A DNA stretch of 64,000 nucleotides from an uncultured Actinomycetes bacterium. Lineage in GTDB: Bacteria > Actinomycetota > Coriobacteriia > Anaerosomatales > CAVRZR01. The DNA lies in contig CAVRZR010000003.1 in assembly GCA_963725795.1 (NCBI GenBank), forward strand, positions 387,359-451,358, read 5' to 3'. The notes beneath the pieces were generated by a model that was given only the letters and a program-made list of their open reading frames with translations, had not been told where the DNA came from and did no database searches. A program made the position numbers and the translations under genes. This document shows positions 1 to 9,237 of the stretch, one piece after another. Each line of letters opens with the position of its first letter. The stretch's first letter is position 1.

Positions 1-701
1 GTCCCGATCCGCCTTGCGCCAAGCGCTGCCCGAAGAAGGCGATCAGCAAGAAGGACAACGGCGCAGTCGGACGTGGACTTCGCATTGTGCGATCCGACTG
101 TCTGCCAGATCAACGGCCAGTACCCGTGCGTTATCGACTGCCAGCGCGGTGGCTATCCCAAGATCGGTGTCGGCAGCGACAGCTACGCCGAGCCGGCAAG
201 GCGTTCAAGTGCACGCTGTGCAGCGAGCGGGCTGGCGTGACCGACACGTCCGTGCGCATTCCAGAACCCGCCGACCTCGCAGCACTACGCGAGCGGCTAC
301 GCGAGCACGCTTGTGTTCCCGGGCAGCGACAACGCCACGGTGATCCACGAGCTCAGCGCACGCGCCGATGTGCGTGTCCACCTGCCCGGCCAAGGCGATG
401 CAGTGGGACACGCAGGCGAACATCGTCAAGTACCTGAGGGCGAACTACGTCCTTGCCGGTGGCACACAGGGCTGGGTCGGCAACGGCGCGGTGTACTGGG
501 CCAGCAAGAAGGGCGCTCTCGCTCCGCCGAAGGCTGACCCGTTCGTTGAGGACCACCTCGCTCCCGGTGCTGCGGGCATCTTCTCGAGCCCCGTCGCCAA
601 GGCTGCGATCGTCCCGACGATCCTCGTGGGAGGTCTCATGGCACTCAGCGCCAGGCGCGCTGCCAACGAAGAAGCCTGCTGTCACAGAAGGGGAGGTGTA
701 G
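1..701 (+). pseudogene. 4Fe-4S dicluster electron-transfer subunit (NrfC/HybA/DmsB-like), 5' end outside window, frame-disrupted as assembled
   Basis: Cys motifs of ferredoxin-type subunits are read in three frames: PPCAKRCPKKAI (frame 3, nt 9-44), LCDPTVCQINGQYPCVIDC (frame 1), KAFKCTLCSERAG (frame 3, nt 198-236), MCVSTCPAKAMQWD (frame 2, from nt 368). C-terminal hydrophobic helix IVPTILVGGLMAL. Stop TAG 699-701. At least 5 frame changes by my reading. Confidence 0.65.
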
Positions 702-706
702 GCGTG

Positions 707-2004
707 ATGACGAAGAGACTTGCACTGCTGTTCGCGATCGCGACGCTCGCTGTACTGCTCGTGCCTGCCCTCGCCTTCGCCAACTTCGGTCCGCACGGCA
801 ACTACGTCCAGGACACGGACGCGTGCGCCGGCTGTCACCGTGCTCACACGTCAGTGAGCACGATCACTTGGCCGACGGAGAGAACGACCACAGCGCTTTG
901 CTGGTCTCCACCGCGACCGAGATGTACGAGTTCTGCTACGCGTGTCACGACGCCACCAGCCAGGGTGCCGACACCAACGTCCAGCAGGGCCTCTACGAGG
1001 GCACGCTGTACGGCGAGAATCGAGGCTATCCTGAACGGCGGCGGTTTCGACTCGCTCGATCTGACGTCCACCACCTCGACGCACATGTACACCGGTTCGT
1101 CGTGGGGTGCGTACGGCGGCGGCTACACCGGCGCGGGCACGACGGGAGCCGACGGTGTGTACGATGCGCCGGACGATCCGTTCGATGCCAACCTCGGCGA
1201 GTCTGTCCAGATCAAGATGGACTGCGGCTCGTGCCACGATCCCCACGGCAGCGCGAACTACCGCATTCTGAAGGCCGTACGTCAACGGCAACTACGTCGG
1301 TGGCTACACGCCGACTCTCGGCGACCCCAGCAACCCGAGCCCGAACGGCTTCGTCTCGTCGAACGAGACCGGCTGGCCGGCGACGGGCTTCCAGCTGCAC
1401 ACCGAGTACCCGGGCTACATCCCGAACTACACCACGCCGCTGTACGCCAAGGGCTACGACGATGCCACGACGCGACCGGCAGCGAGCCCGATCAGCCCGT
1501 CGAAAGGGCATGAGCGGTTGGTGCGTGGGCTGTCACAGCACCTACATGATCGACAACGCACAGGCACGCCGTTTAGCGGGACCGTCGGAACGGTCACCAG
1601 GTCTGACGCCACCACGTATGCCGCCATGGCTTGGAACTACCAGGCCAACGACGGCGGACCGCTGGCCCTGCGCCACAAGCACCCGGTCAACGTCGAGCTC
1701 TCGACGTACAACGGTCCCGACGAGTCGTCTTTCGACAACTCGCCAGTGCTCGGTCAAGGCGCACTGCCTCTCGCGCACGATCTTGGCGGGAACGGCACGG
1801 TTGCCAACGCCCAGGACGGACTGGATCGAGTGCCTGACGTGCCACCGTGCTCACGGTACGTCGGCTAACATGACCGGCTTTGCGGCTGACGGTTCGCTCG
1901 CAGTGGACCTCGACGGCACAGCTCGCAACAACTTCTTCGCGAGCCCGTCTGCACTGCTTCGACTCGACAACCGCGGCGTGTGCGAGGTTTGCCACAACAA
2001 GTAG
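707..2004 (+). pseudogene. secreted hexaheme c-type cytochrome, paralog A (frame-disrupted as assembled)
   Basis: RBS GGGGAGG then ATG 707. Signal peptide MTKRLALLFAIATLAVLLVPALAFA. Six CXXCH motifs spread over frames 2/1/3: CAGCH (824-838), CYACH, CGSCH, CVGCH, CLTCH, CEVCH. Ends RGVCEVCHNK-TAG 2002-2004. N- and C-termini nearly identical to the 11444-12793 gene. At least 6 frame changes. Confidence 0.8.
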
Positions 2005-2034
2005 CAGTCCTCTGCACGTAGCACGTGCGCTACC

Positions 2035-3648
2035 TTGGAAGGGCCGGGGATCGTCCCGGCCCTTCCTGTGTTGTCCGGAGGATATGGAGCGGAGGCGCCC
2101 TTGAAGTCGCGTTCAGCCGTGCTCGTAACGGCTTCGGTCGTCATAACGCTGGCCTTGCCGGCGAACTTCGTCGCGCAGACGGTGCTCGCGGACGAGCTGA
2201 GCGCTTCTCACCACGTTGCGTTGCTGGCCTTCGCGACGTTCATCCTGGTGTTCTTGATGACCGGGATCCCTCGGCGGGAGGAGCTTCGAGCGCTCGGCCG
2301 ATACGGTGCGCTGCGCGCGGCGGCGGCGGGGATACTCGGTGTGTACGCGTCGCAGCAACTCGTCCTCGCGAATCGCTACACCGACGCTCCTCCGGGGTCG
2401 GAGGTACTGTTCTTCACGACGGCGGCATGGGGCGTGATCGTCGTGCTCGCGTCGCTTGTCGTGCCCAAGAATCGACCTACCGCGCTCCAGGTGCTCTTGT
2501 CGGGTGTCGCGCTCCTTGGCGCGGCGGGCATCCTTGCGAATTGGGAACGCCCCAGCTCGTTCTCGCCCTTCGTCCGCTACCCGACCGAGCACGTGGCCAT
2601 GCTTTTGGCGGGCGCGGCGTGGGCTGGTTTCACGCTCCTGATCGCTCCTCTGGGCCGACAGCACAGATGGCGCGCGCTGCTGCCCCTCGCCACCGCCGCC
2701 GCGGCGATCGCGAGCGCCGTGCCGCTGCTGATCGATCCTCTGCGGGGCGACATCGTGGGTGAGGCGCTTTCCGTCGCACCCCAGCTGCTCGTAGCGACTA
2801 CCACGTTCGCCGCTATCGTCATTTCCTGGTCGTGGCTGGTGAGTACCACCGACACGGTACGTCCGGCCTCGCTTCTGTTCCTCCCGCCGGTCTCACTCAC
2901 CATACTGGGCGTGTTCGAGCGGGAGGTGGGTGCCTTCGGTCCGAGTCCTCTGCTGTGGAACGTCGTGTGGTGGGCCTGCGCCGTGACGGTCGCGGGCGCG
3001 CTGGGCGTCGCACTTCTCGGCCGAGCCTCGCTCCTTGGCAGGCACGTGGACGGGGTTTCTGGGACTGGGGAGGGTGGAAGGCGCCCGACACGCGATGTTG
3101 CGCGAGTCCTGGCCTATGTGGCGCTGATCCTGTCGACGACTGCGGTCGTCGCGGCGCTCGTCGCAGTTCGGGCGCCTGCGTTCGCCGCGAACGTCGTCGG
3201 GATTCGAGGAGACGGCTCGGCGTACGCGGCGTCATGGACGATGCCGGGCGCGGAGACGGTGGGCGACGTGCTTGTCGTCCTGGCTTCGCTCGCAGCACTC
3301 GTCGGCGCGGTCGGCTTCATCCGCTCGCAATGGAGAGAGATAGCGTTGCTCGAACTTGCCGCGATACTACTCGTTGCGCTTCTTGCCGTGCCCATTCTCG
3401 TTCGTACGCCGCTCAGGACGTGGACTCGCTGGATCCCTGGCGAGGTCCAGCAAGATTACGGTACGGAATATGCAAGGTTGACGCTTGAGCCAACGGACGG
3501 AACGGCCTCACGAGTCGCTGTGGCCGGGTCCGTCGCGGCAGTCGGGTTGCTTGCGACCGCGTCAGCCTTGCGCGTCATCCGACGACGCAGGTCGACGCCC
3601 ACCGCGCTCACGCCGGGTGCGAATGACGAGTCGGAGAGTGGCACGTAG
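2035..3648 (+). CDS. polytopic integral membrane protein, family not recognised (intact ORF)
   Basis: 537-codon uninterrupted ORF made almost entirely of hydrophobic helices (12 or more by eye), with a short charged C-terminal tail. The true start may be TTG 2101, after the hairpin and a GGAGG at about 2089. Confidence 0.6.
   Translation: MEGPGIVPALPVLSGGYGAEAPLKSRSAVLVTASVVITLALPANFVAQTVLADELSASHHVALLAFATFILVFLMTGIPRREELRALGRYGALRAAAAGILGVYASQQLVLANRYTDAPPGSEVLFFTTAAWGVIVVLASLVVPKNRPTALQVLLSGVALLGAAGILANWERPSSFSPFVRYPTEHVAMLLAGAAWAGFTLLIAPLGRQHRWRALLPLATAAAAIASAVPLLIDPLRGDIVGEALSVAPQLLVATTTFAAIVISWSWLVSTTDTVRPASLLFLPPVSLTILGVFEREVGAFGPSPLLWNVVWWACAVTVAGALGVALLGRASLLGRHVDGVSGTGEGGRRPTRDVARVLAYVALILSTTAVVAALVAVRAPAFAANVVGIRGDGSAYAASWTMPGAETVGDVLVVLASLAALVGAVGFIRSQWREIALLELAAILLVALLAVPILVRTPLRTWTRWIPGEVQQDYGTEYARLTLEPTDGTASRVAVAGSVAAVGLLATASALRVIRRRRSTPTALTPGANDESESGT
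2037..2066 (+). terminator. stem-loop after hexaheme cytochrome A (12-bp GC stem, 6-nt loop)
   Basis: GGAAGGGCCGGG-GATCGT-CCCGGCCCTTCC followed by TGTGTTGT. It overlaps the first codons of the longest form of ORF 2035..3648. Confidence 0.45.
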
Positions 3649-3649
3649 C

Positions 3650-4627
3650 ATGCGAGACCACATAGACGCACGGCGGCGATCTGCGAATTCCGCGCGGTCG
3701 ATACTGCCGCTGGTGACAGTCATTGCGCTGATCGCCACCCTCTCGATCGTCGTGTCTCTTTCGAGCGGGTGCGCCGAAAAGACGGTGACCGTCCAGACCG
3801 GAGAGCGCGTGGTGTGCACGTACGGCGAAGAAGTCTCGTCGACGGTGCACGCGGTCAAAGTCCCCGCCGACGAGGCGAACAAGTACTCCGTTCGCACGAA
3901 GCGCATCAAGTGCGATCGGCACGCTCAGCTCGAAGCACTCTATGGCGAGGCGCAGAACGCGATCTCGAAAGGCGATCTTGCGACAGCCGAGAAGAAGCTC
4001 GCTCAAGTAGTAGCGAGCGACACCTCATTCGCATCGGCGGCGAGCCAACTTGCCGACATCAAGAGCGGTCGAAAGCCCGCCGTTGACCGCGCAACGACCG
4101 GGTCGACGGCCCCCTCCTCGGGCGACGCTGGGGCGGGCGAATGAAGCGGATCGTCACCGGGCAGTGGAAGCGGTTCCGGTACGGGCGGCACCAAACCGGC
4201 CGATCCCGCCGTCCCTGAAGGTCCGGTCGCGAGTCTGCTCGTCTACACGCCCGATGTCCTGAGCGGCTATCGAGCCAAGAAGCCCAAGGCCGACGTCTTC
4301 TCTATCACGCGCGAGTACCTTCCGCTCGGGAGCCAAGAAGTCGTCGCGCTGGTGGTTCAGACGGAGCAGCACCGGTCGGATCAGGCGGCGAAACAGTGGA
4401 TTGCAGATAATGTAAAGGCGTTGTACGCACGTTCGGCACAGAATGTGCGAATCGAAGGCCGCGACGTCTACATGGGCACGGATGGCAAGCGCTTCGCCGT
4501 CGCGGGCTGGCGGGCGGCCCGGTGAGTGTCGGCGATCGAGGCGGAGGCGGCATCAGATCCCGCAGCGTACATTCCCGCACTGAAGGCCGTGTCGCCGAAG
4601 TGGCCCAGTGACGCCGACAAAGAGTAG
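3650..4627 (+). pseudogene. lipoprotein with Gly/Ser linker and conserved C-terminal domain (disrupted as assembled)
   Basis: ATG 3650. Signal peptide plus lipobox LSSGC. In-frame TGA at 4142-4144 and 4523-4525 with sensible protein continuing after each. Final stop TAG 4625-4627. The C-terminal domain resembles that of the 14612-15468 product. Confidence 0.5.
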
Positions 4628-4657
4628 CCGTCGCATAGCACTACCAGCGGGTTCGTG

Positions 4658-4686
4658 TTGACCTCCCTCAGAGGCGAGGGTATCGT
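4658..4686 (+). promoter_or_regulatory. sigma-70-like promoter upstream of TPR gene
   Basis: TTGACC (4658-4663), 17-nt spacer, TATCGT (4681-4686), about 80 nt upstream of ATG 4765. Confidence 0.35.
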
Positions 4687-4764
4687 CGTGAAGGTTTACC
4701 CCGTGCGGGGACGGTCCCGGCAGACCACCGTGCGGGGTCAGTAGCAGACAAGGGTCGCGCACAC

Positions 4765-5839
4765 ATGGAGCAGACACCGGAAGTACGCATTGCCACGCCC
4801 GGCTCATCGGGCCGGCTCGACACGCTCTTGCGTTGGCTCGTCGTGCTCGGCGTCGCCGTCGTTCTCGGCCTTGGCGGCCTCCTCGGCTACTCCGTCTGGC
4901 AAGCCCGCAACGCCGAGGATCTGTCCACGCCGGCGGGTCGAGCCATCGCGGACCTCAAGGACCGCGTCAAGGCGACGCCGAACGACGCCGAGCTGCGCGT
5001 CCGCCTCGGAGAGGCACTCGCCACGGCCGGCCTGATCGACGAGGCCATCGAGCAGTTCCGGACCGCCGTCAAGCTCGAGCCAGAAGCACACCGGGGCCTA
5101 CCTCGACCTCGGCATCATCGCGATGCAGAAGAAGCAGCCCAAGACCGCCGAGGGCTACTTCAACAAGGTCGTCGAGCTCACGACGAACAGCGAGATGCGA
5201 GAACGTCAACCAGCGGCAGGGAGACCGCGTTCTTCTACCTGGGCGAGATCGCCCTGGACGCGAAGCGCTACGAGGACGCGGTCGCCAACTTCAAGGCGTC
5301 GCTGCGCATTCGCCGAGACGCATCCGACACCTACTACCTGCTCGCGCAGGCCCTCAAGGGAATGGATCGTAACGACGCGGCACTGAAGCAGCTCGATGCG
5401 GCGCTCGCGTTCGATCCCAACTACGCCGAGGCGCACTACCTCATGGGCGAGATCTACCTGGACCGACGGCGACAAGATCAACGCGGCGGTGCATTTCCGC
5501 CTAGCCGCCGACGAAGGCGCCGGACCAGGATCTTCCGCAGGAGGCGCTCGCGTCTCTCGGCACGGCCGACGAGGCTCTCGCGCGCGGGCAGGAGTACCTC
5601 GTGAAGGAAGAACCAGATGAGCAAGGCGATCGACGAGGCGCTGCTCGCACGCGCTCTCGACCCGAAGAGCGTCGACGCCGCGCTGTTCCACGGCGGACCG
5701 CCGACGCGTCCGGCAAGACCTCGGCGGCGGTGACGGCGTACACGGCGGTCGCGAACTCGAGCTTTCGAAGAACGCAACGGCCAAGGCCGCGCTCGCGAGG
5801 CTAAGCCAAGACCGCACCCAAGAAGAAGAAGCTAGATAG
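4765..5839 (+). pseudogene. membrane-anchored TPR-repeat protein (frame-disrupted as assembled)
   Basis: N-terminal TM helix LLRWLVVLGVAVVLGLGGLLGY. TPR-like helices: AELRVRLGEALATAGLIDEAIEQFRTAVKLEP, FFYLGEIALDAKRYEDAVANFKASLRIRRD, YYLLAQALKGMDRNDAALKQLDAALAFDPNYAEAHYLMGEIYL. Followed through frames 1/2/1/2/3/2 to TAG 5837-5839. Confidence 0.65.
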
Positions 5840-5850
5840 AGGGAGCACCC

Positions 5851-7399
5851 GTGACTCGCAGGCGCAGGCGTCTGGTGATTGCTCTTGCATTGCTCGCGAT
5901 CCTGATCGCGCTGCTGAGCGTCGCCTACATCAACTACCGGGCGACCCGCAACATCGGGTTCGGTCTCGACCTGAACACCGGCGCCAGCTCGGCGCAGCCC
6001 GAGTTCATGTACTCGTTCGGCAGGTACGGGCGCGAACCGGCTCTCAAGCACCCGCTTGGCGTGCTCGTCTGACGACGACCGCGTGTACGTCACGGACTCG
6101 CGAGACGGCGAGGTCTACGTCTTCACGCTCGCGGGCAGGCTGATCGAGCTCGTTCGGCAAGGGCAAGCTCCTCGTCCCGCTCTACGTCGCGAAGAACCCC
6201 AAGACCGGCGAGCTCTGGGTCACCGACCGCCGTCTGCGGAGCATCGAGGTCTTCGACCGCGGATGGCAAGTGGCTTCGGACGTTCGATCCCGAAACTCCC
6301 CAAGAACCAGCTGCCCACGTTCGAACCGGCAACGTCCAGTGGGCGCCGGTCGCACTCGACTTCGCACCGGACGGCACTCTCTACGTGACCGAGATCCTCA
6401 ACGGCCACAGGCTGCTCGAGTTCGACCCCGACGGCAAGTTCGTGAAGTCGACGGGCACCATGGGTCTCGGTGACGAAGGCCGACCAGGCGCCCGACGCGT
6501 TCCAGTTCCCGAACAGCGTGAAGGTCCTCGGCAACGAGGTCTGGGTCGCCGACAGCAACAACCGCCGGCTCAAGGTCTACGACCGGAACCTCGAGTTCAA
6601 GCGCTTCCTGGTCACCTCGGGTCTGCCGCGAGGCTTCGTCTTCCTGCCCGCGCAAGCGAAGGAGCCGCAGCGACTCGTCGTCGTGGACACGCTGTCGCAC
6701 GACGCGACGATCTGGGAGGCGCAGATCGGGCAAGAAGGTGCTGACTTTCGGGCAGCATGGCGTTCTGGACGGGCCAGTTCAGCTACCCGAACGACGTCTC
6801 CACCGACGGCGTCCGCCGGATGTTCGTCGCCGACACGTCCAACGGTCGCATCCAGGTGTGGGGTTGGCCCGTCAGAGGCGACTCCGATCCCGACGCCGCG
6901 CACGCCGCTTCAGTGGCTGCTGTGCCTGTCGCCCGCTGCTGCTCCTGCCGCTGCTCCTGCTCCTGCGCGTCGCAAGCGGTTCTTCGCCACCGCCGACTTC
7001 GTGCGAGCTGATGTACGACGCCGAGGAGATCGAGCTCTTGCCGGGCGGGCGGCGAAGTGGTTCGTGACGCCGGACGTACTACGAGGCCTTCAAGGCCGCG
7101 TCCAGGGCGACATCGAGATGTCGGAGCTGCTGAATCCGAGGAGCACTCCGAGTCCGACGCGCAGGCACTCATGGAGCGCTTCGAGCTCGACTACCCGTCA
7201 GCGGTCGGCACTCTCGATCGCGCAGCGCTCGAAGGTGTTCTGCACCGAGGATCCCGAGCTCCGTCGCCTTGCTCGCGTCATGGAAGTCGACGTCGTGAAC
7301 CGCGTCGAGTACATCGAGCGGTTCGTGAAAGAGCAGGCGCGATCAGCCCACGGCGCCGAGGACACGCCTCCGCCGCCCGACATCGGTGAGGATGCATAA
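5851..7399 (+). pseudogene. NHL-repeat beta-propeller protein with N-terminal anchor; the 3' third (TM helix plus soluble tail) may be a separate gene (frame-disrupted as assembled)
   Basis: RBS AGAGGGAG, GTG 5851. TM helix LVIALALLAILIALLSVAY. NHL-type blades: DRVYVTDSRDGEVYVF, GELWVTDRRLRSIEVFD, DGTLYVTEILNGHRLLEFDPDGKF, NEVWVADSNNRRLKVYD, RMFVADTSNGRIQVWGW. Then a Leu-rich helix LQWLLCLSPLLLLPLLLLL, RRKR, and an acidic tail ending TAA 7397-7399. Confidence 0.6.
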
Positions 7400-7412
7400 C
7401 TGACTCCAGAAC

Positions 7413-7456
7413 ACGGTCCCGGGTGAGCTCGCGACGCCTCCGGGACCGTTTCTTTG
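7413..7456 (+). terminator. Rho-independent terminator after NHL gene
   Basis: ACGGTCCCGG ... CCGGGACCGT (10-bp stem, 17-nt loop) followed by TTCTTTG. Confidence 0.6.
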
Positions 7457-7529
7457 CACTTGTACGCAAGGGATATGCGGTCGGAGACCGTTAGGAATCG
7501 CAAGATTTCCAGAATTAGCTGCTAACGCA

Positions 7530-7558
7530 TTGACTCAGGCCGACTGCGGGAATAGGAT
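7530..7558 (+). promoter_or_regulatory. sigma-70-like promoter of hydrogenase operon
   Basis: TTGACT (7530-7535), 17-nt spacer, TAGGAT (7553-7558), in a locally AT-richer 400-nt intergenic region. Confidence 0.45.
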
Positions 7559-7569
7559 ATGCGAGGGGC

Positions 7570-7589
7570 CATGTAACTTCTGTTACATG
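7570..7589. promoter_or_regulatory. 20-bp inverted repeat CATGTAAC-TTCT-GTTACATG (Rex-type operator candidate)
   Basis: Perfect 8+8 palindrome 12 nt downstream of the -10 box. It has the same TGTAAC-N4-GTTAC core as the site in the rex promoter (43761-43776). Confidence 0.45.
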
Positions 7590-7703
7590 ACGCTTGAGAC
7601 ACCACATACAGGCACGATGGGTCGGAGCCGGCACTTGGCCCCTCGGAAGAGTCCCGACGCGCGGAATGACTACCGTGAGCTGGGCGTTGTTCTCTAGTTG
7701 TAG

Positions 7704-7757
7704 GCCGCCTCCACCCGTATCGGGCGCTCGGCACGCGCTAAGGAGGTGGCCTTTTTC
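7704..7757 (+). promoter_or_regulatory. terminator-like hairpin plus U-tract inside the hydrogenase 5' leader (possible attenuator)
   Basis: GCCGCCTCC (7704-7712) pairs with GGAGGTGGC (7742-7750), followed by CTTTTTCT. A 7-codon uORF ATG 7759..TGA 7782 follows. The structural gene starts at 7825. Confidence 0.3.
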
Positions 7758-7824
7758 TATGCCGGGTTCGGAACAGGTATGAGGCGTTAGCTTTTTACGA
7801 GCAAGCGAAGGAGGTATGGAAGGC

Positions 7825-9213
7825 ATGGCGATAACCAGGCGTCAGTTTGTAACTAGGCTTGGTGCACTCGCTGCTGCCATGGGCGTTAGCCAGGTCGATC
7901 TGGCGAAGATGACCGAGGCTCTGGCGCACGGCGGCAGCAGCGGCGCGTGGGCAGGTGGCGACTGGACCAACAAGCCCAAGGTCATTTGGGTCCACGGCGC
8001 TGAGTGCACGGGATGCTCGACCTCGCTCCTCAGCCTCTTCGAGGACGTCACGGGCAAGGCGATCGAGGGCACGACGGTCTCGACGCTCACTGCGCTCGAC
8101 CTGTTAGCCGGTGGCGGCAGACGGCCAACGGTGCCAGGGTCGCCTCACCGGCTCGGTATCGACGCGGACACCTTACGGCCATCGCACGCTTGCTAGCGAC
8201 AGCAGCGGCTGCGGTAGCCACGGGTCTGTGACTTCGACAACGCTGCAACAGCACGCCCTACATCGCGAACATCGCCGACGTGCTGATCGACTTCATCGAC
8301 CTTCAGTATCACGAGACGGTGGGCAACGCAGGCGGCGACCTCGCGTCCAAGTTCCTCGCGGACCAGATGACAACGGCGGCACGACCCGTTCGTGCTGGTC
8401 GTCGAGGGCGCCGTGCAGGACAAGAGCAGTACGGGTCGGCGCGTGGGCACGACGACCGGCGCAGCTCCGTGGTGCTCGATCGGCGAGTCCGAGACAGGCA
8501 TCGGCCTCGGTGGACGCACCGCGAACTCAGCTTCGACGACGTGGTCTTCGACATCGGCACGAAGGCGAGCTGCGCGGCCATCATCGCGATCGGCCAGTGC
8601 GCCACGTTCGGCGGCTACCCGGCCTGCACGTCACCGGCGTTCGGCGCGAGCCAGACCGGTGCGAAGGGCGTCTACGACTTCTTCGTCTCGACGCCAACGA
8701 CGCTTGGCCGGCGGCCGCGAACAAGGTCATCAACGTCCCCGGCTGCCCGACGAACCCGTGGTGGTTCGTCCTGACGGTCGTCGCATGGCTCGTCGATGCG
8801 ACGCCGTGCTCGCCGGCGGCACCGGCCCGCTCGCAGATCCTCAACGGCGACCTGGCCTCGCCATCAAGGCGCACTGCGGTCGACAGCACTCGTCGTCTCA
8901 AGGCCGTCTACGGCACGCCGATGCACGGCCGTACTGCACGCGGTATCAGGACTTCCTGAACAACAGCTTCGCGCGAATCCCGGCGACGCCGGCTGCCTGC
9001 AGCTGATCGGCTGCAAGGGTCCGTCGACGATGACGCTGTGTGGAGCCGCATGGCTGGAACAGCCAGCAGCCGCACAACACCGCATCGTGGGAGCAGGGTC
9101 TTCGCAGACTTCAGGGCAACAAGGGCGGCAACTGCATCGCCGGTGGTCATCCGTGCATGGCATGCACGGAAAAGGGCTACCCGGACGCGTTCGTGCCGTT
9201 CGTTGTCCGCTAG
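7825..9213 (+). pseudogene. [NiFe] hydrogenase small subunit, Tat-exported (frame-disrupted as assembled)
   Basis: RBS GAAGGAGG. MAITRRQFVTRLGALAAAMG twin-arginine signal. VIWVHGAECTGCSTSLLS proximal-cluster motif. Later segments in other frames: IAIGQCATFGGYPAC, VINVPGCPTNPWW, IGCKGPSTMTLCG, CIAGGHPCMACTEKGYPDAFVPFVVR-TAG 9211-9213. At least 6 frame changes. Confidence 0.85.
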
Positions 9214-9237
9214 CGCAAGGAAGGAGGGAAGACGTAA

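Noticed and set aside
2025-3488. Overlapping alternative-frame ORFs (2025-2762, 2113-2664 minus, 2832-3488, 2897-3298 minus)
   Set aside because: They are Arg/Pro/Gly-rich translations overlapping the coherent 537-codon membrane-protein frame, with no motifs or RBS.
4142-4531. Two in-frame TGA codons (4142-4144, 4523-4525) in the lipoprotein gene, with sensible protein continuing in the same frame. Considered as Sec, readthrough or UGA recoding.
   Set aside because: Around 4508-4531 the paralog alignment (…GP.V.V…) is recovered by a one-base deletion and a one-base insertion in G-runs, which places the TGA in an out-of-frame stretch. The first TGA sits in a Gly/Ser linker where the same explanation is possible. 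There is no downstream hairpin, and many genes here use TGA as a genuine stop.
4690-4740. Direct repeat CCGTGCGGGG occurring twice in the TPR-gene leader
   Set aside because: It is short and GC-rich, so it is expected by chance at this composition. No associated structure or conserved context could be established from the sequence alone.
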